DNA from: an uncultured Phycisphaeraceae bacterium
Lineage (GTDB): Bacteria > Planctomycetota > Phycisphaerae > UBA1845
Length of the DNA stretch: 64,000 nucleotides
NCBI GenBank assembly: GCA_964405925.1
Contig: CAYOQG010000001.1
Location: 6,369-70,368 of the forward strand
Reading direction: 5' to 3'
Below, piece by piece: positions 30,901 through 39,900 of this stretch (position 1 is the first letter of the stretch; each line of letters begins with the position of its first letter). Below the pieces are notes generated by a model. The model did not search any database. It saw nothing but the letters and a program-made list of their open reading frames with translations, and had not been told where the DNA came from. The position numbers and the translations under genes were made by a program.

Positions 30901-30958
30901 CTGAGCTCATCCAGGCCAGCGAGACCGCCACACAGCAGGTGGAAATGCGGCGAAGCAT
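27938..30958 (-). CDS. Secreted zinc metalloprotease (met-zincin; DUF4953/DUF5117-type family)
   Basis: 1006 aa with a signal peptide (MLRRISTCCVAVSLAWMSSEA). It has an intact HEVGHTLGLRHNF zinc motif and an internal acidic KE-rich linker. Confidence 0.85.
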   Translation of the reverse strand: MLRRISTCCVAVSLAWMSSEAGPPSGDQALDMSEMIKMAQGKGPNGPEDKPEFPKFEDVTKDMEAQKGLFTLWSYPAGAKGKDSEKLLCQIPKGFLGENFMLSVSFSGGGFFTGFPLEERVVRWETLDKQLLLIEPETGFVANDKDTVSDVVRRTYPDRIRVAVPIVTKAPQGDPVIDLEGMLKSNFADIAWMAAMPFGGGPGGGSVNASLSKWIKKKAFELNVEIGVELAMRQMSPPGSYEKKQVHFSFWKLPKTGYKPRIADDRVGYFLTTNQDWSKPVDERDIFNRYIDRWNLEKRDPSLPKCEPKQPIIFYIEKTVPVKFRKAVRDGILEWNKAFEKVGFVNAVEVRQQTDDNEWKDLDPEDMRYSFFRWIVTGASFAMGPHRSNPFTGEIYDADIIFDDSMVRVFQQEAERMLPPAAMATKLNDPVMREFLEKHPQWKRPQHDWETFSFGHNHDPALREKMRQRMRDRGYVGCDYAEGMKHQMAVAHTMLTDQPPEVIDRFLYDTIKEVVAHEVGHTLGLRHNFKASSIYTLEEIKKRRATGEALVGSFMDYNPVLFFAENATEGHFITPTLGPWDYWAIEYGYRPADGSYKPQEKEGKEEEEKESEEHAEGGEAAAKENPLEKIPQEVLDKLPPEVRKIIESGAAEAMMAEAATSDKPEKKPSGPTFTGPDAAEKKMLHAIASRASEPELAYATDEDTTALGLDPRSNRFDMASDPIEWANARMEVVDKRMDNILDWGVKDGESWYHLRSAFITLIVEKAFVLDYVGRYIGGQYMNRSHRGDSDAAMPLELVDPDLQRRSLKFIADHLYQDEFFSFPPELLNRLMAPRWWHEGMEVSFSIDFPVYRLISVLQWYNLMDRLFPGTLTRIHNAEMKTTADDKFTVAEYLQSLQEACWGDSINASKVGKGAWTDSSPAISSVRRSLQREYLNLMEPLVRTRPGVVVSPDLHAMLQNCLRQLNQRIVKVLDTGKLDFASESHLASCKSRIERILKPELDEYGGF

Positions 30959-31721
30959 GTGTTACCTCCTCTTCTTTTCTATGAATGCAACCGCCGGTGA
31001 CGCCCCAAGACACCACTTCTTTGAGCGCCAACATGGCGACACTTTTGGGAAACCACTGTTGAAATTCGACGAGTTCGACCCTCAGTAACAAGCCCGGCCT
31101 ATCAGGATACCTCTATGACCAAGCGGCGAAAACCAGCTGCCCGCGGCAAAGCTGTAAGTTTCGGTCAGGACTTGTCACGGTCATCGATCGACTTTCGAGT
31201 CTGTGGCACCTTCGATGCACGTCGCTCCAATGACAACATGTAGGCCTGTGCTCACGTTGTCCAACGGCCGGTCCACCGAACGGGGGTCACCCCAACGAGG
31301 CAAAGCACCACTCTTGCAGTTCGAAGCCGCGGCGTACGGCACGCCTGCGGACCGCGCGAACGCTCTTGCCGGTCGCTCGTTCCAGCGGCGCTTGTTCGGT
31401 ATCGGCGCGAGGCAAGGCTGAGCATCAGACGTAGCATCGCCTGCAGAAGCGTCAAGAAACCAACCGCTTGCCACGCGGCTCCCGATGGGTCCGCTTTCCC
31501 AGTATTGATGCGACCGCTGGATTCGCCACCATGGTTGGCAAACCGTGTTGCCAGGGCTGATGTGCCTAGCATCAGCTATCGATTCATACTCTGTGGTTCG
31601 ACACGATTCTCGCCGACGACAGTAGCACGTACGAAGCGTGTGCGATATGCTTCCTGCGTGTTTGGGCTGAGCCGGCTGATGTCGGCCGGCATGTTCAACG
31701 TATACGAGTGGGAGAAAAACG

Positions 31722-32276
31722 ATGACTGGACGGACAAAGTACCTTTGGGTTATGGTCGGCGCGGTTACAGTGGCCACATGGCAGCTCAGTGGTTGCAGTT
31801 TGGCGCCCCTGATCCCCATCGATGTGCCTCTCAGCGCGAGTCTGGCTGAGTTCAGCGTACAGGGTGGCGCAGCCGCCAAGAGCAGCGGAACCGCCTCATT
31901 CGAAACCGGGGGAATCTCCGTCGGCCGGGGAACGATTGAGCTTGATCCGAGTGTCATTACTGTTACACCAGCGAACGGTGCAGGGAGCAAGGGCCGCCTC
32001 AACTACCAGGAAACGAGCACGCTCACCATTACCGTCTGGATTGCCCCGATCGATGACGCGGACACGGTCTGTGACACAGGGGAGCAGTACGGACCGTTCG
32101 ATGTTACCCTGGATGAGAATTACGTGCCGGTGTCGATCAGCCCCTCGAGCGTTACGTTGTCACAGACGACGCTGGACCTGCTAAACGCGGGTCAGTTCAG
32201 CCTGTGCATCGAGGTAGCCTCACCGATCGACGGAACCGTGACCATCGCCAGCCTGACGCTCAACCTCGGACTGTAA
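31722..32276 (+). CDS. Lipoprotein, unknown function
   Basis: 184 aa. Signal peptide plus lipobox (VATWQLSGCS). ATG is preceded by GGGAGAAAAACG. Confidence 0.6.
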   Translation: MTGRTKYLWVMVGAVTVATWQLSGCSLAPLIPIDVPLSASLAEFSVQGGAAAKSSGTASFETGGISVGRGTIELDPSVITVTPANGAGSKGRLNYQETSTLTITVWIAPIDDADTVCDTGEQYGPFDVTLDENYVPVSISPSSVTLSQTTLDLLNAGQFSLCIEVASPIDGTVTIASLTLNLGL

Positions 32277-32291
32277 CGGCCCGAAAGTCCG

Positions 32292-32367
32292 GTAAGAACT
32301 CGCTGGCGCGCATTCGTGCGAGCCGCGGGCCGGCAGCCCGCGCGGCGGCCACGGTCGGGACAAGCTC
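32292..32367. repeat. Intergenic repeat family 1, copy A (76 nt, contains an imperfect GC palindrome)
   Basis: GTAAGAACTCGCTGGCGCGCATTCGTGCGAGCCGCGGGCCGGCAGCCCGCGCGGCGGCCACGGTCGGGACAAGCTC. By my manual alignment, 66 of 76 positions are identical to copy B at 33682..33757. Confidence 0.85.
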
Positions 32368-32775
32368 CGTGATCCGTACAGAGGCAAGGGCTGACGCTGC
32401 GCTGAGAAGGGCGGGGTCCGTCGTTTTGGAGGCGGCAAGAGCAAGACAGGCACGACGAACCCGGCCCAGGGGCGAGAGTCACGGCGAGATAGGGTTTTTG
32501 TGCTTGAGTCGGGTGGGTGGGCTGAGTACGATCGCAGGTTGACGTTTGATAACTGGGAAATGTTGGCGTAAACGTTTGTCGTCTCAGGGCCTGTGGCTGC
32601 CGGCTTTATCGCTGTGAAAGATGCGTCCAGGCACGCATTCCGACCTTGGCTGGGTCTTCTGGTGGCACCGGCTGGGCCGACCGGTAGCAGTAGGACATGA
32701 TTGTCTGCGGAAACGTGTTGGATGCCCTAGCACAATTTCCACAGAATGTGACACAACCCCGAATAGGACGAACAC

Positions 32776-33546
32776 ATGACACACTGCCAAATCTATCGGA
32801 ATCACTGTAAAGATGGTACTCAGCGGCACATTTTCGCTATATCGTGTCTCTTGCTGATGTCTTCTGGTTGTGCCCCGACAGCAAGCTTTGTCTATCATCC
32901 CTCAAAGCTGTCTTACGGGATCGAAGGTCTTGGGCGGAAAAAGCTATTGGTTCTTCGTTTCCAAGACGCCAGAGAACGAGCAGGAAAAGACCCGAAACTC
33001 ATAGGCAAATGTGGCCCTTTAATATCTATCTACGCGGATAAAACGGTCACCGAAGTTGTCACTTCAGCTGTTGCCTCTGAGTTGAAATCTGCAGGGTTCA
33101 GCGTTGACACCCTGGGTGCTCAAGCTGGGGTTCGGAAGGAAGACATCGCGAAGTTGCTGACCGAGTATGGGGCCAAGCCAGGCGAAACACCGAAGGCCGT
33201 CATCTGGGGTACGATAAACAAATTCTTTTACCGGGGAGGATCGTTCAACAAAGCCACAGTTGAGATTGTATTTGATCTTGTCGCTCCAGACGGTAGACAT
33301 CCGATCCACTCAAACCAACAGTCTTGTACTGCATCAGCTAGAGGTGAGCACCTTGCAGTCGAGCTTTTCACTCCCTTGGTGATGACGGGACATTTTGAGC
33401 GGAACTTTGCCGTCTCTTTACTTACAGAGTGTATGCAGAAGACCGTTCGGCAGGGACTGACTGATCAGGAACTGGTTCAGAAGATTCGTCGCATCTTCAG
33501 TGAGCCGAGCAAGCAAACGTTGGAATTAAGTCCTGCCACGCCATAG
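32776..33546 (+). CDS. Lipoprotein, unknown function (AT-richer gene)
   Basis: 256 aa. Lipobox LLLMSSGCAP. Codon usage is visibly richer in A/T-ending codons than in flanking genes. Confidence 0.6.
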   Translation: MTHCQIYRNHCKDGTQRHIFAISCLLLMSSGCAPTASFVYHPSKLSYGIEGLGRKKLLVLRFQDARERAGKDPKLIGKCGPLISIYADKTVTEVVTSAVASELKSAGFSVDTLGAQAGVRKEDIAKLLTEYGAKPGETPKAVIWGTINKFFYRGGSFNKATVEIVFDLVAPDGRHPIHSNQQSCTASARGEHLAVELFTPLVMTGHFERNFAVSLLTECMQKTVRQGLTDQELVQKIRRIFSEPSKQTLELSPATP

Positions 33547-33681
33547 TGGTTCGGGAGTGTACAGGGTTTCTGAGCTCACAGGTCGACGTCGGAGAAGAGG
33601 CAACGTAGTTGACAGTGCTCTGTCACTCCGATTCTGCGTCAGGACGCTTCTCGTCTCGCTCGGGAATATGCCAAATATGCA

Positions 33682-33757
33682 GTAAGAAGTCGCTGGCGGG
33701 CATTAGCCCGAGCCGCGGGCTGGCAGCCCGCGCGGCGTGCAAGGTCCGGACAAGCTC
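33682..33757. repeat. Intergenic repeat family 1, copy B
   Basis: GTAAGAAGTCGCTGGCGGGCATTAGCCCGAGCCGCGGGCTGGCAGCCCGCGCGGCGTGCAAGGTCCGGACAAGCTC. Same orientation as copy A. Both lie downstream of plus-strand lipoprotein genes. Confidence 0.85.
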
Positions 33758-33772
33758 GACGAACCTGCGCCC

Positions 33773-33807
33773 GGTGGGATGGGTCCGCCGCAAAGGCGGA
33801 CCCGTGT
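33773..33807. repeat. Intergenic repeat family 2, copy 1 (perfect 9-bp-stem hairpin)
   Basis: GGTGGGATGGGTCCGCCGCAAAGGCGGACCCGTGT. Stem GGGTCCGCC/GGCGGACCC with loop GCAAA. A related copy lies at 53953..53985. Confidence 0.75.
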
Positions 33808-34055
33808 GACTTCGCCAATCGGCCCGCTTTCGGCGGGTCCTTGACGAACCACCCGCGCGCGGTGCGTCAGAGGCCCGCGCCGCCGCCCTTGGGTCGACAA
33901 ACCGTCAAGGACCCGTTGTTTCGCCCACGGGGTACGAGGGTTAATGCCTCATCGAAACGGGCCTGCCTGGTCACGTCCATCGACAGGACTTCCCACGTCC
34001 AGTCCGATACCTACGGTAAGGCTTAGCATCGAAAACACGTAGTGCCAGCTCAGTG

Positions 34056-34595
34056 TCAAGCCACGATCCTAGTAGTCCCGACTAGTACATGCGCCACGGA
34101 ACGGCTCCGGTCGAGTTGTCTAATAAGCGCATTGCCCGTTGAAGGCAAACCCAAGGCCGAAGAGATCGAGTCCGTTCCCTCGAGGTCAATGTGTACCTCT
34201 TCAGGGAATGTATACATCGCGCCGGTCAACGGGTCAACAATCAACATGCCGATTAGGCCACCAAAGATGATGTTCCCCCAATACCACGCGCAGATACGGC
34301 TTGGAATCCGGACTTCTTTTTCCTCGTAACCTTCGGCCTGCGCACGTGCCGTAAGATCAGCGCCCAGGAAATAACCACGGCCTCTCTTTAGCTCAATCGA
34401 CGTCGGGGTTCGCGTTCGGTGTATGACTTGTCCGCCTTTGGAGATGATCTCTATTTGTGCGCCGTCCGGGTTCGATGTGATGTAAACCACTTGGCTCGAG
34501 CCGGCTATTATGCTAGCACACCCTACGTTGAAAGCGAGAAGTAGGAACGAAACAGCCACCAGGGCACACACGCCGATGTGTCGGGAGTACTTCAT
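34056..34595 (-). CDS. PEGA-domain-like lipoprotein
   Basis: ATG at 34595 with AAGGAGAAAA upstream. Lipobox LLAFNVGCAS. ITSNPDGAQIEI resembles the PEGA motif. The C-terminal WYWGNIIFGGLIGMLIVDPLTGAMY segment is typical of this lipoprotein family. Confidence 0.7.
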   Translation of the reverse strand: MKYSRHIGVCALVAVSFLLLAFNVGCASIIAGSSQVVYITSNPDGAQIEIISKGGQVIHRTRTPTSIELKRGRGYFLGADLTARAQAEGYEEKEVRIPSRICAWYWGNIIFGGLIGMLIVDPLTGAMYTFPEEVHIDLEGTDSISSALGLPSTGNALIRQLDRSRSVAHVLVGTTRIVA

Positions 34596-34781
34596 GTCCG
34601 TTTTCTCCTTATGAACTATGGGTGGAAGGCTATTCCACGAAGTCAAAAACGCTTTCTGCCCCGCGATCCAAATCACGGGTTGCTAGGCCGTGAGATGGTG
34701 CGCGGAACACCACCGTCTCGCGGGCGGCGCCTCGGGCGTCTTGGAACACATAACCGAGTCGAGACGCGAGTGCGTACGCGT

Positions 34782-34904
34782 GGAGATTTGTTCCCATATG
34801 AACCTAGCTGTAGCATCGCGCAGCCATTTGTCAACCCTGAACGCAAAGTACTTTGTGTATCGGGACACGTGCAACAGCCCGGGTGCAGTCTTGCTTCGCG
34901 GGAC
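34782..34904 (-). pseudogene. Possible remnant of a REP-associated tyrosine transposase (RAYT / IS200-like Y1 transposase) N-terminus
   Basis: Within ORF 34683..35150(-). The stretch PRSKTAPGLLHVSRYTKYFAFRVDKWLRDATARF loosely parallels the common RAYT N-terminus PRxxRxxxPGxxHHVxxRGxxRxxIFxDDxDRxxFL. It is AT-richer, has no HUH or catalytic Tyr region, and has no start in context. Confidence 0.2.
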
Positions 34905-35133
34905 GTGCTGGTAGGTTGCGCAGGTAAGGACTAACTCCGAAGTGGGAAGATGGGTATACTTTTTGCGTCGGTTGCCCTCGGGTGAACGCTTCCGTGGGCG
35001 GGCCCTATTCGTTGCGTGAACGCACCTACTCCGGCGCGTCACGACTGCGCCATTCGGCTGCCGATCTGCGCGCCGGGTGGGCACGGCGTTTTGAACCCTG
35101 TTTGGCTTGCATGGCCCCGCGGTGTTCGGGTGC

Positions 35134-36606
35134 CTACGCGGGCCGAGCATCCAGCACGTTTACGAGCTCGACGAAGTGGGCGCCTCGCTCGGCAAAGTTG
35201 GCATACGCGTCGAAACTCGGCGCGCCCGGTGAGAACAATACGGCATCGCCCCGCTTGGCCTCATTGCGGCCGAGCAGGACCCCTTCAGCGAGACCTTCAA
35301 CCTCATGGGCAACGACAGGGCGCTGGGCGTCGATGCGATCGAGAGTGGTCGCAGCTCCGCGGACCGCCCGTGCAAATGTAGCCCTCGATTCGCCGGTGCA
35401 GATCACCGCTCGGCACGACTTGGCGAGCGACGCGGCGCATACCTCCAGTGGGACGTCCTTCTTTTGCCCGCCAACGATGGCGATGATGGGCCGCTCAAGG
35501 GCGGTAAGGGCCCTCATCATCGTTACCGGTGAGGTCGATTTGGAATCGTTGTAGTAGTCCACACCGTCGATCGTTCGCACAAACTCCAGTCGGTGGGGCA
35601 GTCCCCTGAAGGTCCGCAGTACGCCACGCACTTCGGTCTCCGGTATACCTAGATGGCGGGCAACCGCCATCACACACGCGGCGTTGGCTTGGTTGTGTTC
35701 GCCGGGGACAAGCAGATCGGCTCGTGGATCGAGCGGTTGGACCCGCGTAACACGCGCCTCGTGCCGCACCGCCTGTCGCCGAATCATCCTGGCCGCCTCG
35801 GCATCAATCTCACCGACAAAGACGTGACTTTGGCAATGCAGGTCGCGGGCGATGTTCAGTTTCGTCGCCACATATCTGTCATATTCCCCATAGCGATCGA
35901 GATGATGCGGCGAGAGATTCGTGATCAAGGCGATCGGTGGTGCCCACTGAATGCGCGGCAAATCCTCGAGTTGGGCGCTGGACATCTCGAGGACGACCAA
36001 GTCGGTTGGGCGGATGCTGTTGAGGTCGGTCAGCAATGACCGACCGATGTTTCCACCCAGGTAGACGCCCGTCCAACCGGTACCGGCTGGCCGGCACTTG
36101 TCGAATACTTCCGCGAGCATCGCGCAGGTGGTGCTCTTACCGAACGTGCCCGTGACCCCGATAATCTCAGCCGGGCAACGCTCACAGAACAAGTTCATTT
36201 CGGTGCTCCAGGCGATTGAGCGGCTCTGGATAACGTGAAAGAACTCTGACTTGTCTTTGTTGACGGCCGGGTTGACGACGACGAAGTCGACCGCATCCAG
36301 ATCGCCCAGGTCGTGCCCACCGAGGTGGAACGTGAGGTCCAGGTCATGCAGCGAAGTCAGAGAATCCGCCAGCGCCTCGGGCCTCGCCTGATCAGTCACC
36401 GTGACAATCGCTCCCTGCTCCGCCAGCCATCGGGTGACGCCAACACCGCCTCCGAAGCGTCCCAGACCGACAACAAGCGCGCGACGCCCGGCTATCGAGC
36501 CCGGCCCACCACCGTTGTGGGGCACACGAAGCGACGTCGAGGCAGAAGACCGCACCATGCTGATAACCTCTCCCTGAGAAGGCACCCGTCTCGCTCTCGC
36601 GGGCAT
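35134..36606 (-). CDS. murD: UDP-N-acetylmuramoylalanine--D-glutamate ligase (canonical, three-domain)
   Basis: 490 aa. N-domain GLGRFGGGVGVTRWLAEQGAIVTVTD, P-loop GVTGTFGKSTT, and an intact C-terminal domain (FRGLPHRLEFV...YYNDSKSTSP). The true start is possibly the ATG at 36558. Confidence 0.9.
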   Translation of the reverse strand: MPARARRVPSQGEVISMVRSSASTSLRVPHNGGGPGSIAGRRALVVGLGRFGGGVGVTRWLAEQGAIVTVTDQARPEALADSLTSLHDLDLTFHLGGHDLGDLDAVDFVVVNPAVNKDKSEFFHVIQSRSIAWSTEMNLFCERCPAEIIGVTGTFGKSTTCAMLAEVFDKCRPAGTGWTGVYLGGNIGRSLLTDLNSIRPTDLVVLEMSSAQLEDLPRIQWAPPIALITNLSPHHLDRYGEYDRYVATKLNIARDLHCQSHVFVGEIDAEAARMIRRQAVRHEARVTRVQPLDPRADLLVPGEHNQANAACVMAVARHLGIPETEVRGVLRTFRGLPHRLEFVRTIDGVDYYNDSKSTSPVTMMRALTALERPIIAIVGGQKKDVPLEVCAASLAKSCRAVICTGESRATFARAVRGAATTLDRIDAQRPVVAHEVEGLAEGVLLGRNEAKRGDAVLFSPGAPSFDAYANFAERGAHFVELVNVLDARPA

Positions 36607-36735
36607 TTTAGGGGGCCGGCTGTGGTCCAGAAAGTCTGGGCCTGTTCAACCAGGGGTAGGGGTTGCCACACCAGAACCCAGCATGGCTGCCGCTGGTCGA
36701 GGCGTGCTCGCCGGTTTTGGTGCGGGTCCCCTTTG

Positions 36736-36765
36736 TTGACAGGTCTCTTGGGGTGCCCGTATAAA
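36736..36765 (+). promoter_or_regulatory. Candidate sigma70-type promoter for the FG-GAP protein gene
   Basis: TTGACA (36736..36741), an 18-nt spacer, then TATAAA (36760..36765), about 210 nt upstream of the ATG at 36976. Confidence 0.4.
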
Positions 36766-36975
36766 ACCTCGACCGAACCCCCGCCCGCGATTCCGGCACG
36801 ATTCAGTCGTGTGGGACGTACGAATGCCGTAGGCGGCCTGGAATCGCGGTTGCGGGGCCCGAAACTGGCTTCGAATTTCTGGCAGGGCCCACCGATTCCC
36901 GCCCGATAACTCGGGATCGTCGGGAACGCTGAGGCATCTGTCATCACGCCTTGTAGATTTCGGAGTATCGAGGCG

Positions 36976-39900
36976 ATGCAAAGAGTACTTGTCGATTCGA
37001 TCCACCGCGGCAGGCGTCCCCGAAGGACCTCGGGCCTGATCAGTCTTGGCACGGCAGCCTGCGTTCTTACGATCTTGGCGCTTTCCGGATGCCCCACGTC
37101 GTCCCCGAACGGGGACGACAACGTCAACGGTAACGACAACGGAGGGACCGACGGCGATACCGGCGTGCTGGGAGGCAAGATCATCAGCTTCTCGACGTTT
37201 TTCAGCATGTCCGAGCTGGACCCCGCTGTGTCGGTCCTCTACGAGGTGACCGGCGGCCCCGACTCGATCGCTGGTTTCTACGTTCCCGTCGCCGATGCCA
37301 ACCCGGCTGCGGGTGAGACTGGGGATCGCGTGGTCGCGGCGACGTCCCTGCCCTCGACCGGTCCGAATAGGAGGTTCCAGTTCGATCCCCGGGTCGCCGG
37401 TGTTGGCTATTTCAAGGTGGGTATCCTTCTCGAGCGTGGTGATGAGACTGCGGAAGCCCTGAGCACGGGCGTCGTCCAGGTCGAGGGGCAACCAAGTCCC
37501 CGCTTCATCCGACCCGTCGCGGCTTTTGACGAGGTGCTCCAAGGGACGGAGGTCCCGGTAGCCTTCGACGCGGGTGATCCGGAGGGCGACGTTCAGTGGC
37601 GTCTGTTTTACCTGAGCGAGTCTGATTCGCAGAACAATCTCCCAGATGAGCTTGGGACACTCCTGGCCGCCGGTCGAGGGAACGTTGGCGGAGCGACGTT
37701 CTCTACGGCGGGGTTGGGGAGCGGTGACTATCAGCTTGGCCTATCCGCGACGGACAGCGGCTCGTCCGTGAGCGCGACCGTCGCCTCGGGTAACTTGGAT
37801 CGAATCATTACGGTTTTTGGACCGATCGTACGAGTGGTCGCCCAGAGCGAGATCCAGCCGCCCACCTTCCGGTTCACCGCACCCGGCAACAACGATGTCG
37901 CGCTGTTTCGAAACGAAGCGTTCACAATCCAGTTTTCCACAACGATCAACGAACCCGGGGCTAAGGCGTTAATCGAGTTGTTCTACGATAGCGACAACAG
38001 AATCACGAACGGATTTGCGAACACGATCGCACAGAACCTCGATGAGACGAGAACGTCGTTCCCGCTCCCGACTTCGGATATTCCCGAGGGAACATGGTGC
38101 ATCGGGGCAACAGTCATTACCGTGGGGGGAATCAGCGCCCCGATCACGCTCTACGCGAGCGGAAGCATTGAAATCGTGCGCAATCCCACGCTTACGGTCA
38201 CCGAGCCGGACAGTTCGCTTCCCGTCCCCCCGTCAACACCCGTGTCGATCGTGTGGGCGACAAACGCGCCAGAATCAGCGGGAACCGTCAGCGTGTTCGT
38301 GCGAACGCTGGGTACAGGAGAGAGCGCGACATTATTGTCTTCTGTGCCCCTGACCCAGACTTCGACGGTCTTCCAGGAAGAGACGTCGGGCTTATACGAG
38401 GTCACCGTTCGACTGGATTTCATTGATGCTACCCATCTCGAAAAGCAGGCGGGCGCCCTGATTCGCGTCTCCTCCCTGCCGAGAATCCTCTGGTTAGGAT
38501 CGCTTATCGATCCCGACCCGCCATTTGACGGGGCGATTTTTGGGGGTGTGAACTTCGAGGATAATGCGGGGTCAGCGCTGAGTGAAGCGGGGGACCTCGA
38601 TGGCGACGGCCATGGGGATTTCGTCATCGCTGCTCGTTATGGCAAGCCGTTCTTCCGCAATCCGTCAGGTATCGGTCAGGGTGAAGCCTATGTCATTTAC
38701 GGGGGCTCTGGCGCGGGCAGGCTGGCGGGTGAATACAACCTCAACTCCGTGGGGACCGAAACCCTCCGTGGGATAGCGTTGCCTGGCATTCCTACCGTCG
38801 ACAACACCGATGAGACCTATGGTCTGGATGGTGTTACGCTCATCCCGGACGTTGACGGGGACGGTCATGGCGAGCTGTTGTTCGGGTTCCCATTCGTCGA
38901 TTCTGCGGGGGGCAATGTGGGCCCGCTCGAGGCTGACGGCCAGTTCCGCCAGGGCGGTGTGGTCATGCTGAGCAGTAATAACAGTCTTCTGGCTGACCCG
39001 CCGATAACGGACGCGGTCATACACCTGTCAGCCGTTGGACAGACCTTCTCCGAGATGACCGTTACTCCAAGTGCCGCTAACTTGGCAGTCTTCGACGCAT
39101 GGCGGTTTGAGGGAACACAATGTGTCAACGGGACCGACGGGGTCGTCGATACGATCCACGGACCCTGTATCGGCTTTGTTTCGCTGCTTGCCCCGCCACT
39201 TTGGGAACAGGTGGGTTTTGAGATCTACACAGGTCCCGAGAGTGAGGGATTGTGCAGAACCTTCTACAACTTGGTCGGGTGTAACCAGAGTCCTGACCCG
39301 TTCTTCGAGTCGGACGCGGGTTCCGGCTTTTACCCCTCGGCAGCCGTTGCCCTGGAGCCGCGTGGGGCGCGGATCATAGGGCAGGGCGACGGTGAACGGT
39401 TCGGCATGGCGGTGACAGCCACGACTTCCCCTGATGACGGCGACCCGGGCGATCTTATCATCAGCGCTCCGGAGCGCAACGCGTCCAGCGCGTTCATCGA
39501 GGGGCTTACTGGGACTCTTTCCGACGCCGGTGTTGCGTATCTGGTCGATAACCGTTCGCTATGGTCGCGCGTTGGTAACGAGGTCCCACCAGCACCTTAC
39601 CAGTACGTGATGGGTGTCACCAGTCATTGCGGAGACAATCGCTCTGGCGGGCTGCAGGACGCCATCCGGATCGCCGGTGCCGAACGCGACAACATCCAGA
39701 ACGTCATCGGCGTGGGGGATTTCAACGGCGACGGGCGGAACGACTTTGCGGTGGGTGCACCCGGAGCCGGTGGCGGACAAGGGCGGGTATATGTCGCTTA
39801 CCGCAGAGACGAGGCGATCGAAGGGGATTTCCTCCTCAGCAAGCTTGAGCTCGATCCCGGGAACGCGGAGCGGCTGGCTGGAATGCTCATAGTGAGGTCC

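Noticed and set aside
31181-32002. 273-aa minus-strand ORF spanning the metalloprotease/lipoprotein intergenic region and overlapping the lipoprotein gene.
   Set aside because: It overlaps the better-supported plus-strand lipoprotein gene (signal peptide, lipobox, SD). The translation is Arg/Pro/Ala-rich with no domain or start context, as expected for a high-GC shadow ORF. The roughly 760-nt spacer 30959..31721 remains unexplained.
32283-32475. Strings reminiscent of bacterial RNase P RNA conserved regions (GAAAGTCCGG, GGTAAGA, ACGACGAACCCGGC).
   Set aside because: The motifs are only about 170 nt apart, far too compressed for a type A RNase P RNA. The P4 pairing partners are not evident. 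Much of the segment is duplicated at 33682..33757, which fits a dispersed repeat rather than a single-copy ribozyme gene.
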